Source: a virus (Duplodnaviria > Heunggongvirae > Uroviricota > Caudoviricetes). From it: 64,000 bases of DNA. Below, in pieces: positions 1 through 9,099 of the stretch (the first letter of the stretch is position 1; each line of letters opens with the position of its first letter). Made by a program: the position numbers and the translations under genes. The notes below the pieces were generated by a model, which ran no database searches, had not been told where the DNA came from, and saw only the letters and a program-made list of their open reading frames with translations. The stretch is from the IMG/VR virus record IMGVR_UViG_3300045988_145635; one strand, written 5' to 3'.

Positions 1-486
1 GGGTGTGTTGAGATTAATGATGAATTAAAAGTTCAACAGTCAAATGATAGCAACACAAATAAAAAAGCGCGTACTGCAAGAGGTCCTCGTTTTGCTCTAA
101 GTGATAAAGATGATGCGTTTTTCAATAAAGCGGGTTTAGAGAAAGATATTTTTTTAGACGCTTACGATAACGCGCCTGTCAAAGCAAAGGATAAGATATT
201 AAACCTTCTTAATTGGTTTAGCGGAGGTCCAGATATTAGTGTTTACACGGTAATTTCCATGAGACACCTTCTCACAGAAAAGAAGGCTACAAGTAATAGT
301 ATTAAGATTGCTTTAATGAGCAATCCAGAAAAACCGTATCCGCTTAACACTGCGTCAACTCAGGCTGGGCAAATGATGGCTGTATTTCCAGCGACAGGAA
401 TTGCCGTTAGAGACGGTGGAAATCTAACATTGAACGAAGAATCACCGATCGTTAAGAAGTTTGTCGCGGAGTACACTATTGGATGA
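1..486 (+). CDS. Hypothetical protein, 3' portion (gene begins upstream of window)
   Basis: Frame 1 is open from nt 1 to the stop at 484-486; no recognisable motif. Confidence 0.35.
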   Translation, partial: GCVEINDELKVQQSNDSNTNKKARTARGPRFALSDKDDAFFNKAGLEKDIFLDAYDNAPVKAKDKILNLLNWFSGGPDISVYTVISMRHLLTEKKATSNSIKIALMSNPEKPYPLNTASTQAGQMMAVFPATGIAVRDGGNLTLNEESPIVKKFVAEYTIG

Positions 487-669
487 CGTTCCCCTACTGA
501 AAATAAAGCCCATAGAGAGCTTTATAGTGCTGGGTAAGCCAATCACATACCCAGCACCACAAAAACGCGCCAGAGAGCTTCTCGTTTGCATTTCTGGCGC
601 GTTTTATTTGATTGCCAGACATAAAATCAAATGCAAAAATAGGTATTTACTTACCTATCGAGAAAGAAG

Positions 670-1263
670 ATGATTGCAGCCGAAAAAATCAAACAGCGAA
701 AGCGCGACAACTCTCTTCGTGACCTCTGGAGAACACCTGACTGGCTGTTTTCTGCCATTCAACGTTATCTTGGAGTGACATTTGATGTTGACGTTGCCTG
801 CAACAAGGACAATGCAAAGCTGCCTAATTTCATAGGCGTTGAGCGTGATGCTTTGAAATCTGAATGGGGACAGCCAGGTACAATTGCCTTCCTCAATCCA
901 CCCTACTCCAAAATCTCCCCCTGGATTGATGCGGCTATACGTGAGCAGGCTCGCGGAGTTACAACAGTGATGCTAATTCCTCAATCCCTAGATACAAAGT
1001 GGTATGAGCGTGCAACAGAGTGTGCGAATGAGACGATTATTCTGTCTGGTGGCCGCGTAGCGTTTGTCGAGCCTGACGTCAATCTGGGTCAGGTAGAAGT
1101 AAACATCAACCCAGGTGGCAGTATGCTCGTTGTTTTTCGAGGATTCTGTCAGGACGCTGGGCACTCTATAAGCAAGATCCCTTTGGACGTCATGAAAAGT
1201 CTGGGAGGGTATGATCCTGCGAATGTGATCAGGAAAAAAAGACCATCAAAGAAGGCTGCTTAG
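670..1263 (+). CDS. Phage-type DNA N6-adenine methyltransferase (Dam-like)
   Basis: 197 aa; motif IV-like FLNPPYS; layout typical of small phage Dam-family methylases. Confidence 0.7.
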   Translation: MIAAEKIKQRKRDNSLRDLWRTPDWLFSAIQRYLGVTFDVDVACNKDNAKLPNFIGVERDALKSEWGQPGTIAFLNPPYSKISPWIDAAIREQARGVTTVMLIPQSLDTKWYERATECANETIILSGGRVAFVEPDVNLGQVEVNINPGGSMLVVFRGFCQDAGHSISKIPLDVMKSLGGYDPANVIRKKRPSKKAA

Positions 1264-1285
1264 TTTGTTCTGGCGTCTGTAATTA

Positions 1286-1342
1286 GCCTGCTTCTGTATA
1301 TATAAATAACTACATATTAATTATTAATATACGGAAGCAGGC
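1286..1342. repeat. Long palindrome, copy A (17-bp arms GCCTGCTTCTGTATATA with AT-rich centre); likely factor-independent terminator
   Basis: Near-perfect inverted repeat gcctgcttctgtatata / tatatacggaagcaggc followed by TGTTTTGT; related copies at 32642-32696 and 63945-64000. Confidence 0.6.
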
Positions 1343-1448
1343 TGTTTTGTATCAGAGACTCCAGACCTGAACATCACTACAGAATCCACTAGAACCCCTT
1401 CCCAGACGCTTTAAAATCGATTTTATGAACCACTTTAAGGAAACCAAC

Positions 1449-1676
1449 ATGTCATACCCGACTAATGTCGTTGCGCTCGTAGAGAGCGATTTTCTGGCCC
1501 AGGCTCGTGAAATGATGAAAGATCGTGAGCAGGCTTTCAACTTGTACGAATGGGCAATTAAGTGCTTGCATCTTGGCGAGCATCGCGAACTTGTTGAACA
1601 GCTTTTAGGTGAGTTGATCAATGAGGTGTTTGCCTTGAATGTTCAACTACATGGTAGAGAAAATAATCAATCATAA
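1449..1676 (+). CDS. Hypothetical small protein
   Basis: ORF with AAGGAAACC spacer before ATG at 1449; no motif recognised. Confidence 0.4.
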   Translation: MSYPTNVVALVESDFLAQAREMMKDREQAFNLYEWAIKCLHLGEHRELVEQLLGELINEVFALNVQLHGRENNQS

Positions 1677-2264
1677 TGATAGATAAGTACAAACTATTCA
1701 TAAAGTGAATTGTAAGTGCTAAGATCTGATAGTTTCCAGTCGTAGACTGGAGACTCGACCTGATGGGTGGGGGTAAGCGTCACTGGCGTCAGGTTTAAAA
1801 AAAGCTCACTACCAGCGTAGAACTGGTGCCGTTTAGGTGTCGGGGAAGGGGGAACCAAAGTGAGCGGAGACAAGGGTCACTTTATGATTGTCGAGTCTGG
1901 GGTGTTTCGAGAGGTTGAATCCAGTACTCCCCTTCATAAAGTGTGGGAAGATCTCGGTTCTGGGGTGCTGTCATCCATAACTTCCCAAGTCTAAGCTGGC
2001 AGTAGACTTAGACCATAACTTTTCAGGTTATGAAACGACCAGGTTGGTGAGGGATTTTTATACTCACCTCCCTGGGAGAGTATTACCTGAAAAGACAACC
2101 TCTCACTTCGTTCGAGGTGAACTTCACTCACTTCGTTCGTTCAGTTCAGGTTTATAAAAACCTGTTCTGGGAAGTAATTTGTTTATTTTAATAATTATTA
2201 ACACGCACGCGTGTGCGCACGCGCGAGGAAAAAAATCGGCGCGGCGCTTGATTCAGGAGTTTAT

Positions 2265-2858
2265 ATGACGACGAAGACACCAGCCCGATCGCAAGAAAAA
2301 ACTCGCAAAAAAGCCAAAAACAAAAATTCTCCCCGCACCAATTCCACAACGCCTGTCGTAGAGTTCAATCCCCAGCTTAAAACCGTGAAAATCTTCAGTG
2401 ATGGCTCTTGCCTTAAAAATCCGGGTGGCCCGGGCGGTTACGGTATAGTTCTCCAGTATCGTGGTGAGGAACGCGAGTTCTCAGATGGTTTTCATAGCAC
2501 CACCAATAACCGCATGGAGATGATGGGGGCACTTATCGGGCTGGAGCGTTTGAAATATCCATGCAACGTTATTTTGCACTCTGATAGCCAGTATCTGAAA
2601 AACGGCATGACACAGTGGATGAAATGGTGGAAACGCAATGGATGGATGACTTCTGACAAAAAACCGGTAAAGAATGTTGATCTGTGGAAGCGTCTGGATG
2701 AGGCCGCAAGTCGACATAATGTTCGCTGGAAGTGGGTTAAAGGTCACGCCGGGCATCGTGAAAATGAAATATGTGATCGACTCGCGAAGATCGCAGCTTT
2801 TTCCGCAGCAGATATGCCTCACAAGAAAGATATTGGTTTTGTTTACAACAAGCAGTAA
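2265..2858 (+). CDS. rnhA: Ribonuclease HI homologue
   Basis: [59 protein letters not shown] match RNase HI active-site regions; AGGAG RBS before ATG 2265. Confidence 0.8.
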   Translation: MTTKTPARSQEKTRKKAKNKNSPRTNSTTPVVEFNPQLKTVKIFSDGSCLKNPGGPGGYGIVLQYRGEEREFSDGFHSTTNNRMEMMGALIGLERLKYPCNVILHSDSQYLKNGMTQWMKWWKRNGWMTSDKKPVKNVDLWKRLDEAASRHNVRWKWVKGHAGHRENEICDRLAKIAAFSAADMPHKKDIGFVYNKQ

Positions 2859-3003
2859 GTAAGTGTTTACCTATCATTTTAAATCATGTATCTTATCGGC
2901 GTCAGGATGACAATGTGTCGGTAAGACACAGTTCCAGGATGGAACGAGAAAGGCGGCTGGCAATCGCCAGCCGCAACTCTTTCTGACACTGGATGGAGTC
3001 CAC

Positions 3004-3498
3004 ATGGCACGTCAAACCTATTTCACTTCTGCAACTAAACGTCCTCGTTCACTACGTCAAATTTTGGCCGAATTATTTAGCGGTCGTGTTCTGTCACGTC
3101 TTGATGAACTAGAGACTGCCGTTCGGTTGCTGAATGAACGTTTAGATAAGCAAGCGTCAGTTGTTGCGAACGTGGGGGCGATTGTTACCTCTGGTTCTTC
3201 ACGCGAAGCGAAAAGTACACGGCCTTTAGTGAAGGAGAAAAACAACAAGGACAGTTCGAATGGAAAATTTTCAAAGAAAGAGGCTGAAACCAATGGCCTA
3301 CGTTCTCATTATAGTTTCACTGGCGACGGTAGCCGTTCCAGCCGGCCAGAGCCTTTTGATGCCGGGTTCATCCATCACCACACCTCCGTCGACGACAATT
3401 ACCACCACTCCAGTAGAGCGTCCTGTCACTCTGGATGGGATGACGGTGGATGCGATACCTCAAGTTCATCCAGTTACTCAGGATCATGCTGTGACTAA
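3004..3498 (+). CDS. Hypothetical protein (Ser-rich low-complexity C-terminus)
   Basis: ORF with GGATGGAG upstream; an overlapping alternative frame encodes a hydrophobic peptide so the true frame is uncertain. Confidence 0.3.
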   Translation: MARQTYFTSATKRPRSLRQILAELFSGRVLSRLDELETAVRLLNERLDKQASVVANVGAIVTSGSSREAKSTRPLVKEKNNKDSSNGKFSKKEAETNGLRSHYSFTGDGSRSSRPEPFDAGFIHHHTSVDDNYHHSSRASCHSGWDDGGCDTSSSSSYSGSCCD

Positions 3499-3507
3499 GG
3501 CGGTTGT

Positions 3508-3705
3508 ATGAACTGGTTTTCAAATCACTTTGGAAAAACTTGGCTGGCGATTCTGGCTTTCATAGCTCTCATGGCCGCCGGTTGGGTATCGAACATTGTA
3601 AAACTCGTTTGCTCTGGTGATCTCCAGTTTCAGGCTGGTATGACCTTGGCTCGTGTTGTTGGGATTTTTGTTTTTCCAGTCGGTTCGGTACTTGGTTATT
3701 TCTGA
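3508..3705 (+). CDS. Small membrane protein (2 predicted TM segments)
   Basis: 65 aa, hydrophobic stretches LAILAFIALMAAGWV and VVGIFVFPVGSVLGYF. Confidence 0.4.
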   Translation: MNWFSNHFGKTWLAILAFIALMAAGWVSNIVKLVCSGDLQFQAGMTLARVVGIFVFPVGSVLGYF

Positions 3706-3798
3706 CGGTTGTTAGTGCATATGCATTGACCGTCTTTTCGTAAGCAATTCATGTAACTAGAAAACAACTTGTTTTAACAAATAACAAAAGGAAAGCAC

Positions 3799-4224
3799 AT
3801 GTTAGGTTTATTCAAAAAGAAAACTCGTAAAGCTGTTATCGAGGTCAAAAAAATGGAGAACCGAGATGCGGTTGAAGCCACCGTGTGGGGCGCGTACATG
3901 ATCTCCTATGCCGATGGCACATGCGACGCAAAGGAAATTTCCATTCTTGAGAAAACAATTGCAGCTCTGCCTGCGTTTTCTCCGTTTGCTGGTGAGATTG
4001 CCCAAATGAGCGCCAATATCCGTGCTCAATACGAAGCCTCACCGCGCCGCGCTAATGCCCAGGCTTTACGTGAGCTGGCTGATGTGGCCGGGACTAATGA
4101 TGCAGTAGATGTACTGTGTCTGTGCCTTGATATTGCCGACCAAGACGGTATTGGCGAACAAGAAGAGCTGGCCCTGAAAAAGATCGCACAGGCGCTTCAG
4201 TTGTCACTGGATGCTTATCTCTAA
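3799..4224 (+). CDS. TerB-like domain protein
   Basis: Two DG-x-x-D/E-x-x-E-x-x-x-L segments (YADGTCDAKEISILEKTIAAL; DIADQDGIGEQEELALKKIAQAL) as in TerB-family proteins; operator motif A upstream. Confidence 0.55.
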   Translation: MLGLFKKKTRKAVIEVKKMENRDAVEATVWGAYMISYADGTCDAKEISILEKTIAALPAFSPFAGEIAQMSANIRAQYEASPRRANAQALRELADVAGTNDAVDVLCLCLDIADQDGIGEQEELALKKIAQALQLSLDAYL

Positions 4225-4382
4225 TGCTTGAGAGATTCCGGCTTGTGACCGTCATTGCTCTTCTGGTGATGGCGGTGTTGGTGGATTTTACGGGAAAGAT
4301 GATGTCTGTCATTTCTGATGGCGTCCTCATTGGTCTGGCGATCTACTTCGCTTATCCGCTAGTCCGTAAAGCAACGTGTTAA
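4224..4382 (+). CDS. Small hydrophobic protein (52 aa), translationally coupled to TerB-like gene
   Basis: ATG overlaps the TAA of the upstream gene (TAATG); MLERFRLVTVIALLVMAVLV... two hydrophobic segments; below the ORF-track length cutoff. Confidence 0.4.
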   Translation: MLERFRLVTVIALLVMAVLVDFTGKMMSVISDGVLIGLAIYFAYPLVRKATC

Positions 4383-4521
4383 TGACAAGGGCCAAATGGC
4401 CCTTGTGTTTCGTTGACCGAAATAGAGAGTTTGCACCTTTACGTTTAGCTTGCTCCCCTTTTATGCCACATCACAATAAAGCCAATAAGAAAACAACTTG
4501 TTTAAGCATTAGGAAAAACAC

Positions 4522-5091
4522 ATGTGCAAGAAATGCAAAGCGATAGCTGATGAACAAAACGCCTTATTCGAAGAAATGGATGCTAATGAACTGGTCAAAA
4601 TGTTAGCCATTCTTCGAGGAATAGAAGACGTTTCCATATTTGAGAGAGTGGTTACAGCACTTAATTTTGAGTCCACCTTTGAAGAGCCAACTCAGGTTGT
4701 AGCTTTAGCACATCATTTCGGTGTTCATTATCTTGCTGAAAAAGAGCGCGCTGATAAGTTGCAGGCGACTTTGGATATGGTGAGCGAGACTCAACGAACT
4801 GATGACACTAACAAGAGTGAGGCGATTATTGCCAGCAAAGATCGTGAAATTGCTGGGCTTAAATCCTCTCTAACGATGTTGATGTCTGCGTTCAATCTTA
4901 TGTCTTCTCAGGCGGGTTATAAAATGCCATCACTAAACAGCGATGATCCGATGGCCGTTCGTCAGCTTTTGGGAGCAATGGCCGACCAACTCGACGACAC
5001 AAAGAGTCGGCTTGAAGACATGATGCGTGAGTTAAGCCATCGACATAACCTCGCAACACAGCCACACAAAGCCTTTCAAAGCTCTAATTGA
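4522..5091 (+). CDS. Hypothetical protein
   Basis: 189-aa ORF preceded by operator motif A (4488-4504). Confidence 0.5.
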   Translation: MCKKCKAIADEQNALFEEMDANELVKMLAILRGIEDVSIFERVVTALNFESTFEEPTQVVALAHHFGVHYLAEKERADKLQATLDMVSETQRTDDTNKSEAIIASKDREIAGLKSSLTMLMSAFNLMSSQAGYKMPSLNSDDPMAVRQLLGAMADQLDDTKSRLEDMMRELSHRHNLATQPHKAFQSSN

Positions 5092-5146
5092 TCTGATATG
5101 GCCGCATGATCGGCCATATTGTGTTGATAAAAAACAAGGATGAAAA

Positions 5147-5428
5147 ATGGCATACGGTACAGGGATTTACAACAATAAAGGAATTAACGTTACTGGCTTC
5201 CTTACTCCTATTTTTTTTCTTGATCGATTTACTGCGTCATCAGGCTCTAAGACGTACTCCAATCCGCCACCGGGTAAATCGCTACATGCCGTGTGGTCAT
5301 TGATGCCTCTTAACAACGACAACTACATTAATTTACCTGTTCCAACAGTTACTATTAATGGAAATACGGTTAGTTGGTCAAATTTATATACGGGGCTTGG
5401 TTCTTACATATACACATACTGGGGATAA
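5147..5428 (+). CDS. Hypothetical protein (AT-rich gene)
   Basis: ORF with AAGGATG RBS; low GC relative to neighbours. Confidence 0.4.
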   Translation: MAYGTGIYNNKGINVTGFLTPIFFLDRFTASSGSKTYSNPPPGKSLHAVWSLMPLNNDNYINLPVPTVTINGNTVSWSNLYTGLGSYIYTYWG

Positions 5429-5430
5429 TT

Positions 5431-6045
5431 ATGTTCGGGATGTCAATTACTCAATCAGATGGAAGTTTGTGGATGAGTCCAGAATTTACTCCGCAAAATC
5501 TGATTAATAAAGGGACAATGTCTACATCTAAAGGTTCTGTTTTTCAAACATCAATCCCATCAAACAAATCATGCTTTTTCTTCATAAAAAGCAGTAATAA
5601 GGCGAACATGATGTTTATTCATGAGCATAGTAACGGATACAATGCTCTCAGATTGCATCAGGTAAATGGTAGCCCCGGAACAATAACAGTTTATGCTTTT
5701 TCTGATATGGTGTTACCACATTCTGGCTATGGCATTGCCATGTATAACAGCGCAGGCGCAATGGTGTATCACGGTGAGATGATGCCCCTTGATGCGAAAC
5801 TTATCACTATTTCGGACCCTCAATTTACCATAGATGTGGGGTATCCGTGTGCGGTAATGCCTGCTATGGTTGGGGTTTATAACTATAGACGAACCGATTA
5901 CGACAGACCTGTCTATGTAACTATGACCGGTGCAACTGGAAACCAAGTATATAACGGTCAATGGTATTCCGGTAATGTCACATGGGATATTAAGAAGATT
6001 TATACAAACAAAATCCTGGTTATAAATACCTCAAAGTATGATTAG
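5431..6045 (+). CDS. Hypothetical Tyr/Gly/Asn-rich protein
   Basis: ORF immediately after the previous gene; AT-rich; no motif recognised. Confidence 0.45.
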   Translation: MFGMSITQSDGSLWMSPEFTPQNLINKGTMSTSKGSVFQTSIPSNKSCFFFIKSSNKANMMFIHEHSNGYNALRLHQVNGSPGTITVYAFSDMVLPHSGYGIAMYNSAGAMVYHGEMMPLDAKLITISDPQFTIDVGYPCAVMPAMVGVYNYRRTDYDRPVYVTMTGATGNQVYNGQWYSGNVTWDIKKIYTNKILVINTSKYD

Positions 6046-6148
6046 CAAATACCTTTATTTAAAGGATTGCCTGTTAATTTCTATTTAGCACCTTTTCATT
6101 TTTGAAATAATTGCACCATTAAACAAATCTTTTCTTAATGGTGCAATT

Positions 6149-7834
6149 ATGAATACAGCTCTTTCCATCATCGACGATGCCAACTCAAACACTGCTATCG
6201 ATTATCGTCAGGAAATGAACGTCATCCACGAAATTGTGGCCGAGTGCGAGAAGGAGATCGCCTTCATGTATCAGGTTCACGACTTCGTTTATGGAGACGA
6301 ACGCCACAACATGATTAATCGCCTGCTGCAACTGAACCACCGACCAGATGAAGAACGCTCACGTTTGAATCGAGCTTGGCTGGATAAAGTCGATCTGGAA
6401 TGGGTGAAACAGAATATTTGGGCCGAGTACTGGAGGAAGGTCACGGATATGACTAACGTTCTGCTGATCATGCCAGCTTCCCGTCGCGACGAGTGGCGTG
6501 AGCAGTTTATCGAGGGTAAGCAGGAAGTCATCAAAACTGACAGAACCGGCTATCAGATGAAGGTAAAAGAGTTCGTTGGTGTACCGGAGTTCAAAGCAGA
6601 AACGGTCATACCCACGATGCTTAATTTGCTGAATGACAGGCACAAATATCTCTCTGAGCGCGTGTATGGCTTGTTTAAGGCGCTGAGTCCTGCGCACAAG
6701 ACAAATAAGACAAACGGTTTCAGCGAACGTCTGATAATCGCTGACTGCATTTCTGATTTCTGGCGGGACAGCGTTAGTGTGAACTATCGCAAAGAGGACT
6801 ATATCGACGATCTGCGTGTCTTGCTTCATTTCTTCGCGCACAAAGAATTTATTACCATCAACCGCACTGCTGAGGTGCTATCAGCTGCGTATCGGGCAAA
6901 CGACTGCCAGACCGGTGACTGGATGAACGTCGATGGAAATCTGATGCGCGTGAAGATGTTCAAGAACGGCAACGTTCACTTTGAAATACATCCTGACGTG
7001 GCCTGGAAGTTGAATGAGGTGCTGGCTTACAGTATGCCTGCTGCAATCCCCGCGCCATGTCGCACCGCGCCAAAAACACGGGCACCAAAGCAGTTCGGGT
7101 TAATCCAGAAGACGATCTCCGTGCCGGTTCGCACTGCGCTTCGTGACGGGCGATTGAGCAAAGACAAAGGCGTATGGTACTTCTCTGATTCAGCTCTCCA
7201 GAAGTCGCAGGTGGAAGAGCTTGAGCGCACACTGAGCTTCATTGGCGGCGTGCAGGAGAAAAAGCACTGGCAGTTCCCGTATGACATCGTCCATACGCTA
7301 AATACGATTGTGGCTACCGGTTTAATACCGGATACAAAATCACACCAGTTCTACCCTACCCCACGCTTGATTGCTGAGTACGTTGCCAGAGCCACTGAAT
7401 TGAAGCCTGGTGAGAAGCTGCTGGAGCCTCAAGCCGGACGTGGGGATCTTCTGGCCTATATTAACGCCGATCTGGAAGATGTTACCTGCATAGAAATCGC
7501 ACCTCTCTTCGCTGATATCCTGCGTGGAAAAGGGTATACGAACACGATTTGCTGCGACTTCATAAAGTGGTCTGAGGACAACGTAGGTTATCAGTTCGAC
7601 AAAATCGTTATGAACCCGCCGTATTCGCTTGGTCGTCATAGAGAGCACACGCTGGCTGCGCTGGGGCATCTGAAAGTCGGCGGGCGTCTTGTAGCAGTAT
7701 TGCCGGGCACTGCGCCAATACTGGACTGGATGACGATGGATAATTACGTTTATGCCAGAGGGAAGTCGTTTACCAACGAGTTTGAAGACACAGGGATCAC
7801 AGTCAGCGTATACGTTTTCAAACGCGTTAAATGA
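6149..7834 (+). CDS. DNA methyltransferase, gamma-class N6-adenine type, with ~340-aa N-terminal domain of unknown function
   Basis: C-terminal motifs in gamma order: FYPTP (motif X), LEPQAGRGDLL (motif I), IVMNPPYS (motif IV). Confidence 0.7.
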   Translation: MNTALSIIDDANSNTAIDYRQEMNVIHEIVAECEKEIAFMYQVHDFVYGDERHNMINRLLQLNHRPDEERSRLNRAWLDKVDLEWVKQNIWAEYWRKVTDMTNVLLIMPASRRDEWREQFIEGKQEVIKTDRTGYQMKVKEFVGVPEFKAETVIPTMLNLLNDRHKYLSERVYGLFKALSPAHKTNKTNGFSERLIIADCISDFWRDSVSVNYRKEDYIDDLRVLLHFFAHKEFITINRTAEVLSAAYRANDCQTGDWMNVDGNLMRVKMFKNGNVHFEIHPDVAWKLNEVLAYSMPAAIPAPCRTAPKTRAPKQFGLIQKTISVPVRTALRDGRLSKDKGVWYFSDSALQKSQVEELERTLSFIGGVQEKKHWQFPYDIVHTLNTIVATGLIPDTKSHQFYPTPRLIAEYVARATELKPGEKLLEPQAGRGDLLAYINADLEDVTCIEIAPLFADILRGKGYTNTICCDFIKWSEDNVGYQFDKIVMNPPYSLGRHREHTLAALGHLKVGGRLVAVLPGTAPILDWMTMDNYVYARGKSFTNEFEDTGITVSVYVFKRVK

Positions 7835-7895
7835 TAGGTAAATACTTACCTAATTTGTGTAAGAATGTAGTTACTAAACGATAAGAGAAAAACAC

Positions 7896-8600
7896 ATGAA
7901 CAACCTCCAGTTAGAGCATTTTAACGTCACAGGCCATTCTGATTTTCCTTTCAAGTTTACATTGAAAGGTTATGCAGAGGATGCGGTAGGCCAGATCATT
8001 ATTGATAAAGGCATCGTTAAGTTTGAGGGGGATTTTGATGAATCCGCGAAAACATTCATAGACTTCGTTGCCAAACGTTGGAGCGAGCAATGGAAAAACC
8101 TGGAAAAGCGCGCCAATGAGTTTGATCGGTTCATGGATGCAATGGATACAGCAAAAGAGGCTCTTGATGCCGGGACTCCGTTAGATCTGGAGTCACTTTT
8201 CAACGGCGAAGTGGCCTCTGCGATGTTTGCCACCATGTTCGCGGGTGAGTTCGTCCGCAGCGGTGCCAAAAACTACCTTGAGCTGGATTACAACGTCCCT
8301 GCAATTGGCGATTTCGTCGTTACCATCCAACGCAAAGAAGGTAAGACGCCAGGTGAACGCGTCGCAGAGCTTGAGGCCGTTGTGGATCAGCGTAACGGAG
8401 AGTGTGACCGTTTGATCAACGAGCTTCATGCACTTCGGGAAGAAAGAATATGCGCGGGTAGTAATACACGTAATGCAGCGGATATCTACTTCCAGTTAGT
8501 TGAGGAATGCCAGATTCCACCAGGTGGCTCTCTTGTCGATTACGTAAGACATTTAATGGCGGAAGTTAGCTCCAGCCATAAAGATGGTGAGGTGCGCTGA
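7896..8600 (+). CDS. Hypothetical protein
   Basis: 234-aa ORF; motif B site upstream (7833-7854). Confidence 0.5.
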   Translation: MNNLQLEHFNVTGHSDFPFKFTLKGYAEDAVGQIIIDKGIVKFEGDFDESAKTFIDFVAKRWSEQWKNLEKRANEFDRFMDAMDTAKEALDAGTPLDLESLFNGEVASAMFATMFAGEFVRSGAKNYLELDYNVPAIGDFVVTIQRKEGKTPGERVAELEAVVDQRNGECDRLINELHALREERICAGSNTRNAADIYFQLVEECQIPPGGSLVDYVRHLMAEVSSSHKDGEVR

Positions 8601-8980
8601 TGTTTGGCATTGACGCACAGCGTATAGCCGCTTTTGCAAAAAGCCCTCTTGATAATCCCTTGTCTCGTAGTGAGCAAATGGAGCTGGCAAGGCTTTTTCT
8701 TCACATTCAAAAACAGGCAGACATTTTCAATAACATGCCTAATCAACCTATTCTGGATGGTCACATCCAGATGGTCATTAACAGTCATGAGAAAGGCTGG
8801 GCTGCAATCGTCCCCAGCACAATTACATACAAGTTGGCGAAAGAGGTTCAAGAGTTTCGAAAAGCCAGTGTCGAATCTGAGTCTACCAAAGCCGCAATAA
8901 ACACTCTTATTCGCATGGGATTCACATGGAACGGTGGAGCCTACTGGCAAGCACCTCACCCCATTTTATCCGGCAATTAG
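8600..8980 (+). CDS. Hypothetical protein
   Basis: Start overlaps upstream stop (TGATG); 126 aa. Confidence 0.5.
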   Translation: MFGIDAQRIAAFAKSPLDNPLSRSEQMELARLFLHIQKQADIFNNMPNQPILDGHIQMVINSHEKGWAAIVPSTITYKLAKEVQEFRKASVESESTKAAINTLIRMGFTWNGGAYWQAPHPILSGN

Positions 8981-9035
8981 ACGCTACAAATCCTTCTGCG
9001 TGAATAAATAAAGGCCATAAGTTGTGGCCTTAAAT

Positions 9036-9091
9036 AAATTGTTTTCTGCCTTTTCTTATTTGTGAAAATAACCACAACTAGAAAACAACGG
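9036..9091 (+). promoter_or_regulatory. Conserved promoter/operator module (TTGTTTTCTGCC ... GAAAACAA half-sites)
   Basis: ~45-bp module shared with 17143-17210 and 21217-21262, lying directly upstream of a start codon. Confidence 0.5.
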
Positions 9092-9099
9092 AGTTAAGA

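Noticed and set aside
2481-2822. 113-aa minus-strand ORF inside the RNase HI gene
   Set aside because: Antisense to a gene with clear catalytic motifs
3293-3511. Alternative-frame ORF encoding a hydrophobic peptide (MAYVLIIVSLATVAVPAG...) overlapping 3004-3498
   Set aside because: Cannot decide between the two frames from sequence alone; kept the longer ORF at low confidence and did not annotate this one as a feature
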